A stretch of 13,268 nt of DNA. Source: Azolla caroliniana. Taxonomy: Eukaryota > Plantae > Polypodiophyta. The translations under genes were made by a program, and so were the position numbers. Every line of letters begins with the position of its first letter. Positions within the stretch are counted from its first letter, which is position 1. The notes under the pieces are model-generated. The model searched no databases, was not told the origin of the DNA, and worked only from the letters and a program-made list of their open reading frames with translations. Below are positions 9,392 to 13,268 of the stretch, one piece after another. The stretch lies in contig JBHGNT010000973.1 of assembly GCA_043228905.1 (NCBI GenBank), positions 1 to 13,268 on the forward strand, read 5' to 3'.

Positions 9392-9626
9392 CTTTAACCA
9401 CGGGCACTCTCCCTTCTGAACCTCGTTGACTTATTTTTACTAATGTCATAACAATGCCAATGATATATGGTTTGCGTTCACTCTCTTGCTCAAGGAGTTT
9501 GTTCCACATCTTTAACTACCAACACTCTCCCTTCCGAACCTTGTTGACTTATTTTTACTAATGTCATATCAATGCCAATAATATATGGTTTGCATTCACT
9601 CTCCCCCTCAAGGAGTTTGTTCCACA
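9392..9626. repeat. tandem duplication, period 118 bp, 2 copies
   Basis: CACTCTCCCTTC...GGAGTTTGTTCCACA at 9405-9508 and 9523-9626, roughly 90% identical. Both copies are preceded by CTTTAAC. Confidence 0.9.
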
Positions 9627-9869
9627 CACAATCTTTTTCTCCGATAGCCGATGAATGATATTCACCTATACTATGATAAAAGTCATTTATTCCAATAGAA
9701 GGGGCAAACCCAGATACATTCACTTGCCTCCTCACGGAGTTTGCTTTTTGTGGCTAACGGCTTCATAAGTTCTTTCCTATACACGCACATTACACCCCCA
9801 CAATCTTTATCATATGAAAAATGGCTTCTCTTTAACATTGGCTTGGGTGATGGATGGATGGGTCTACAT

Positions 9870-10472
9870 TAACAATCGACAATGGTTCGATTCAAACCAA
9901 ACCGAACCGTGAAACCACAACTTAATAGTTTAAATGGTTTGGTTTGCTTCGGTTCAAGTTCAATTTTTTTTAAATGGTTTAGTTTCGATTCAACTCGGTT
10001 CAATTTTAATGGATTGAAACCATGGTTTAAATTATTTAAGAGTTCGATGGTTTTTAAATATTTTAAATTAATTTTATTATTTTTAAACAACCTTTTCATT
10101 TTTAAGCCTAATTCTCACATTCTCTAAAAAATCTTTAAAATTTTGAAATAATAAAAAAGTTTAAAATTTAAATTTTGTCGACCTCGAAACCGAACCATGA
10201 AAGAGCAATTTTAGTGTTTTAATGGCTTGGATTTTTGTCTAACAATTCAGTTTAAACGGTTTCACTTTAATAGTTTTGTGGTTTGATTGGTTTGGTTCGG
10301 TTAAGGTTTCAAAATTAGTAAATGGTTCAGTTTGGACACACACACACACTCTCTCTCTCTCTCTCTTAGTCATGAGATAAGAAACGAGAATTCATTCAAT
10401 AAAATACATACCATCAGATCGTCTCTCTCTCCATATCATAACAGAACCAAACCGAACCATTGCCGGTTGTTA
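9870..10472. mobile_element. non-autonomous DNA transposon (MITE), hAT superfamily, ~600 bp
   Basis: Left TIR TAACAATCGACAATGGTTCGATT versus the reverse complement of the right end TAACAACCGGCAATGGTTCGGTT (20/23). The 8-bp TSD is GTCTACAT (9862-9869) / GTCTATGT (10473-10480). There are many subterminal AACCGAACC/GGTTCGGTT motifs and an AT-rich non-coding core. Confidence 0.85.
10336..10442. repeat. (AC)n(TC)n microsatellite plus 75-bp dispersed repeat, copy A, lying inside the MITE
   Basis: 10368-10442 aligns without gaps to 12745-12819 (64/75 identical by manual count). Confidence 0.8.
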
Positions 10473-10484
10473 GTCTATGTGTAG

Positions 10485-10545
10485 AGGAAAGTTCCCACCA
10501 CGACAAACACACACACACTTAGGAAAGTTCCCACCACGACAAACA
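10485..10545. repeat. exact 25-bp direct repeat flanking an 11-nt (CA)n-like insert
   Basis: AGGAAAGTTCCCACCACGACAAACA at 10485-10509 and 10521-10545, separated by CACACACACTT. Confidence 0.9.
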
Positions 10546-12527
10546 GAACAGGCTGGCTTTAGACGAGCCTTCTCCACTATTGATCATATCTTCACACTTA
10601 GATGCTTAATTGACCAGACTAAGGCTTGCAAGAAGAAACTATATTGTTGTTTTGTGGACTTCCACAAAGCCTTTGACACGGTCCCTAGAGAGTGGTTGTT
10701 TAATAGGCTTAAGAGCTTGAGGATACCAGATGACATGGTTTGGGCCATCTACGCACTATATGAACAAGTGTCCGGGTGTGTTTGATGCCCAGGTGGCATA
10801 TCCGATAGTTTCACTAGCACTATTGGTGTAAAACAAGGTTGCCCCTTATCTCCGACTCTTTTTGGGATCTACATTGATGAGATCACAGATTTTATTGCTC
10901 GTTAGGGAGGCAATGGAGTAGTCCTTGGGGATACGTAGGTGCGTATCTTGCTATATGCAGACGACATAGTTTTGTTCTCTGAATCCGAGCACGACCTACA
11001 AAGGCACCTTAATGCCTTAGATGACTTTTGCACACAATGAGGATTGGTAGTGAATCTAGGGAAAACTAAAGTCCTTATGTTCCACACGTCGGCCCAAGTT
11101 AGATCTAAGTGTCACCTAACTATCTCCCATAGCCCAGTTGAGGTGGTTGGATCATATGTCTATCTCAGAGTCACTTTCAATGCCCGCTCATGTAAATTTT
11201 CGATGACACAAGCAGCGAAGGATAGACTTACAAGAGGACATGCATCCCTCTCACTCCTCGAGAGACAATGCCACCAAGCATACTTCCAAGAGCCACGAAC
11301 TAAAGGGTGGCTCTTTGACTCATTAGTGACTCCCTCTCTCATGTATGCATCAGCGGTTTGGGCTCCAGGACTACCATCTTTCATGTGGATGCAATTAGAG
11401 AGACCATTGGTGATGATGTTATCACGCCAACTCCGAAGCAAATCGTCGGTCCCACATGACATTATTAGGGTTGAGTTCACTCTACCCCCTATGTTAGAAG
11501 CACTTTTTCAAGTTGTAGTCTTTATCCACAGGATACATAACCAACCACTTGATAGAATATCCCATCAAGCCTTTAACACTTCTCGAGCACTGTATGAGTC
11601 TGGCTATACTAGCTCATGGTATGGCATGATGGTGAGTTGGCTTCTTGCCAACGGTCTAGACATTAATAACCCCCCCCCCCCCCCCCCCTTAAGTACGACC
11701 AAACGACTGATAACACTTTAATCTCTCATGAGGACCGTAATAAAGTAATACGTCAAGAAATATGGCAAATTTATACTCGGTATAAATGGATCACCCCACT
11801 AGAGCCACTCCCATCTAAAATGTCATACTATAAGGAACACTTTATGCACTTCTCTAAGTTAGGTTTTATCACGTGACCAAGATATCTAGATGTATTCTTA
11901 CCACATGCACTAAGGGTTGCCATTGGTCAACTTAGAATATCATCTCACCAACTTGAGATTGAGAATGGGTGTACTAATGGAGTCCCTAGGGAGGAAAGGA
12001 TATGTAGGTTATGCCACATAGAGATAGAGGATGAGTACCATTTTACATGCAAATGCCCAACCTATGCCGAGATAAGGGCAAAATACCAAGACATACTTGG
12101 TTCCTCTCTCACCCTCCCTAAACTATTAGATACACTAGATATAAAGAAATTAGGTAAATACATCTTAGAATTGAAACAACACAGAGAGAATAAGTTACAA
12201 AACGTTGATAATAATGTTGCCAATGTTTACCAACATGTAACAAATGAAGTTTTTCAAGAACAGGGGGAGACAATGAATGTCAACACACCTACATCACTCG
12301 GGCTTTTCCTTGATGAAGCAGAAAATCAAAGAAGAACCAAACACCCTTGGATGCCGGGTTTCAAAGCAACTCGACGAGATGTAGAAGCAATAAAGAAAAT
12401 AAAGGAACGTGAACTACACCGCCTAGAAGCCATGGCTAGGGCACTCTATGCATCGGGACCATGGGTCACACCCACACCAAAAACTTTTGACCTCCCACTT
12501 CTTTTTGAGACACTTGGGTGGAAATGA
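10546..12527 (+). pseudogene. LINE ORF2 remnant: reverse transcriptase, C-terminal CCHC zinc finger and extension
   Basis: One frame with internal stops: QAGFR, STIDHIFTL, FVDFHKAFDTV, GVKQGCPLSPTLF, LLYADD (YADD at 10954-10965), GLVVNLGKTKV and YVYL. A frameshift occurs at the C19 run (11670-11688). The next frame reads IGQLRISSHQLEIENG...PREERICRLCHIEIEDEYHFTCKCPTY (CX2CX8HX4C, 12003-12056) and continues into the 12171-12527 ORF. Confidence 0.92.
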
Positions 12528-12656
12528 GATTAGGCTTAGTGCAAAGTTTTGTACACTACTAGTACTTTCTTAGCTTAAGCTATTTTCTTTTATTTTAGTT
12601 TTGATGATTGGATAAACACTCATTTTTGTTGTAACCCAATTGTCTCATGGGCCAAA

Positions 12657-12739
12657 TTTGGCCTTAGAAGACGGTAATATATCTTTCTTTCTTTCTTTTT
12701 GGCCTTAGAAGACGTTAATATATCTTTCTTTCTTTCTTT
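12657..12739 (+). repeat. tandemly duplicated LINE 3' terminus (period 41 bp) with (CTTT)n tails
   Basis: TTTGGCCTTAGAAGACG(G/T)TAATATAT(CTTT)4 occurs twice with one mismatch. Confidence 0.9.
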
Positions 12740-12744
12740 CTCTC

Positions 12745-12819
12745 AGTCATCGGATTAGAAAAGAGAATTTATTCAATAAAGTACATCCCATCAGATAGTC
12801 TGTATCTACATATCATAAC
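12745..12819. repeat. 75-bp dispersed repeat, copy B, adjacent to the (CTTT)n/(TC)n tract
   Basis: About 85% identical to 10368-10442, ungapped. Confidence 0.8.
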
Positions 12820-12959
12820 CACCCTACTACGGATTCAGAATAGTTCTCTCAGATCTAACACTTGTCGCTTCCGATGTAATGCGGTTCTCTCTATACACAA
12901 AAAGCAAACAGGCCAGGTTTTACACGAGAATATGATAATATTCTTGCTAAGGGTTTCCA

Positions 12960-13071
12960 TTAACGCAGTTCTCTGAAAATGAAGAACGTGTTGTTTAACA
13001 CAATTTTCTGACGATGAAGATCGTGCTGTTTAACAGTGTTTTCCGAAGATCAAGATCATATTGTTTAACAC
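12960..13071. repeat. degenerate minisatellite, period 35 bp, about 3 copies
   Basis: T(G/C)AAGA.C.T..TGTTTAACA units start at 12980, 13015 and 13050. A partial unit precedes them from 12960. Confidence 0.75.
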
Positions 13072-13268
13072 GGATCATCGCAACTTGATATGTATATAGA
13101 GGCTGACTCTGCAGAAGCAGCACTTTTTCATTACATATAATGACTTCGCTTAAATATTAACGAGAAAGGATAATAACCTAGAACATTTTAAGCTTGTGGA
13201 GGCCGTCTCTAATGGCCGATTTTGCTCTTATGTCAGTTCAGCTATGATTAGCGAGAGAGGAGGTTCTT

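Larger units (their letters stand above)
10546..12740 (+). mobile_element. 5'-truncated non-LTR retrotransposon (LINE), RTE group, RTEX-like
   Basis: Begins at the RT motif EQAGFR, carries an RT plus C-terminal domain and a ~150-bp 3' UTR, and ends in (CTTT)n simple-repeat tails rather than poly(A). No endonuclease domain is present (truncated) and no TSD was found. Confidence 0.92.

Noticed and set aside
9869-10127. Overlapping ORFs 9869..10099 (-) and 9882..10127 (+)
   Set aside because: They are low-complexity F/K/N/L-rich translations of the AT-rich MITE, with no transposase motifs.
10485-10545. CRISPR-like repeat-spacer unit
   Set aside because: Only two repeats, an 11-nt microsatellite spacer, no cas genes and a eukaryotic TE context.
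10477-10545. ATG at 10477 as the start of LINE ORF2
   Set aside because: The ATG lies in the mutated MITE TSD and the first 23 codons come from the 25-bp duplication. RT homology starts only at about 10546.
10368-12819. The two 75-bp repeats as LTRs or a TSD of a composite element containing the LINE
   Set aside because: They lack TG...CA termini, PBS and PPT. Copy A lies inside the MITE, whose right TIR and TSD intervene, and the transversion-rich 15% divergence does not fit a TSD.
12960-13071. CRISPR array
   Set aside because: The whole 35-bp unit is repeated degenerately, so there are no unique spacers between identical repeats.

Overview
This is eukaryotic, almost certainly plant, repeat-rich DNA with no recognisable host gene, RNA gene or CRISPR array. 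The element types suggest a non-seed land plant such as a fern, but that is inference. The window is a stack of decayed transposons. (1) 1-1698, minus strand: the 5' part of a Ty3/gypsy chromovirus-like element (5' LTR, gag, start of protease). It has a Tf1-like self-priming PBS and a PEG10-like -1 frameshift signal. (2) 1699-~8203: the 3' end of an older Ty1/copia element (RNase H tail, PPT, 3' LTR). The gypsy element is inserted in its RNase H region. (3) 2110-7756: a complete but pseudogenised second copia element with two ~94% identical LTRs and a 5-bp TSD, inserted in the older copia's 3' LTR. (4) ~8204-9861: unclassified sequence containing a 118-bp tandem duplication. (5) 9870-10472: a hAT-type MITE with an 8-bp TSD. 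(6) 10546-12740: a 5'-truncated LINE with an RTEX-like C-terminal zinc finger and a duplicated (CTTT)n tail. (7) Two copies of a 75-bp microsatellite-attached repeat of unknown type. All coordinates and translations were read by eye.
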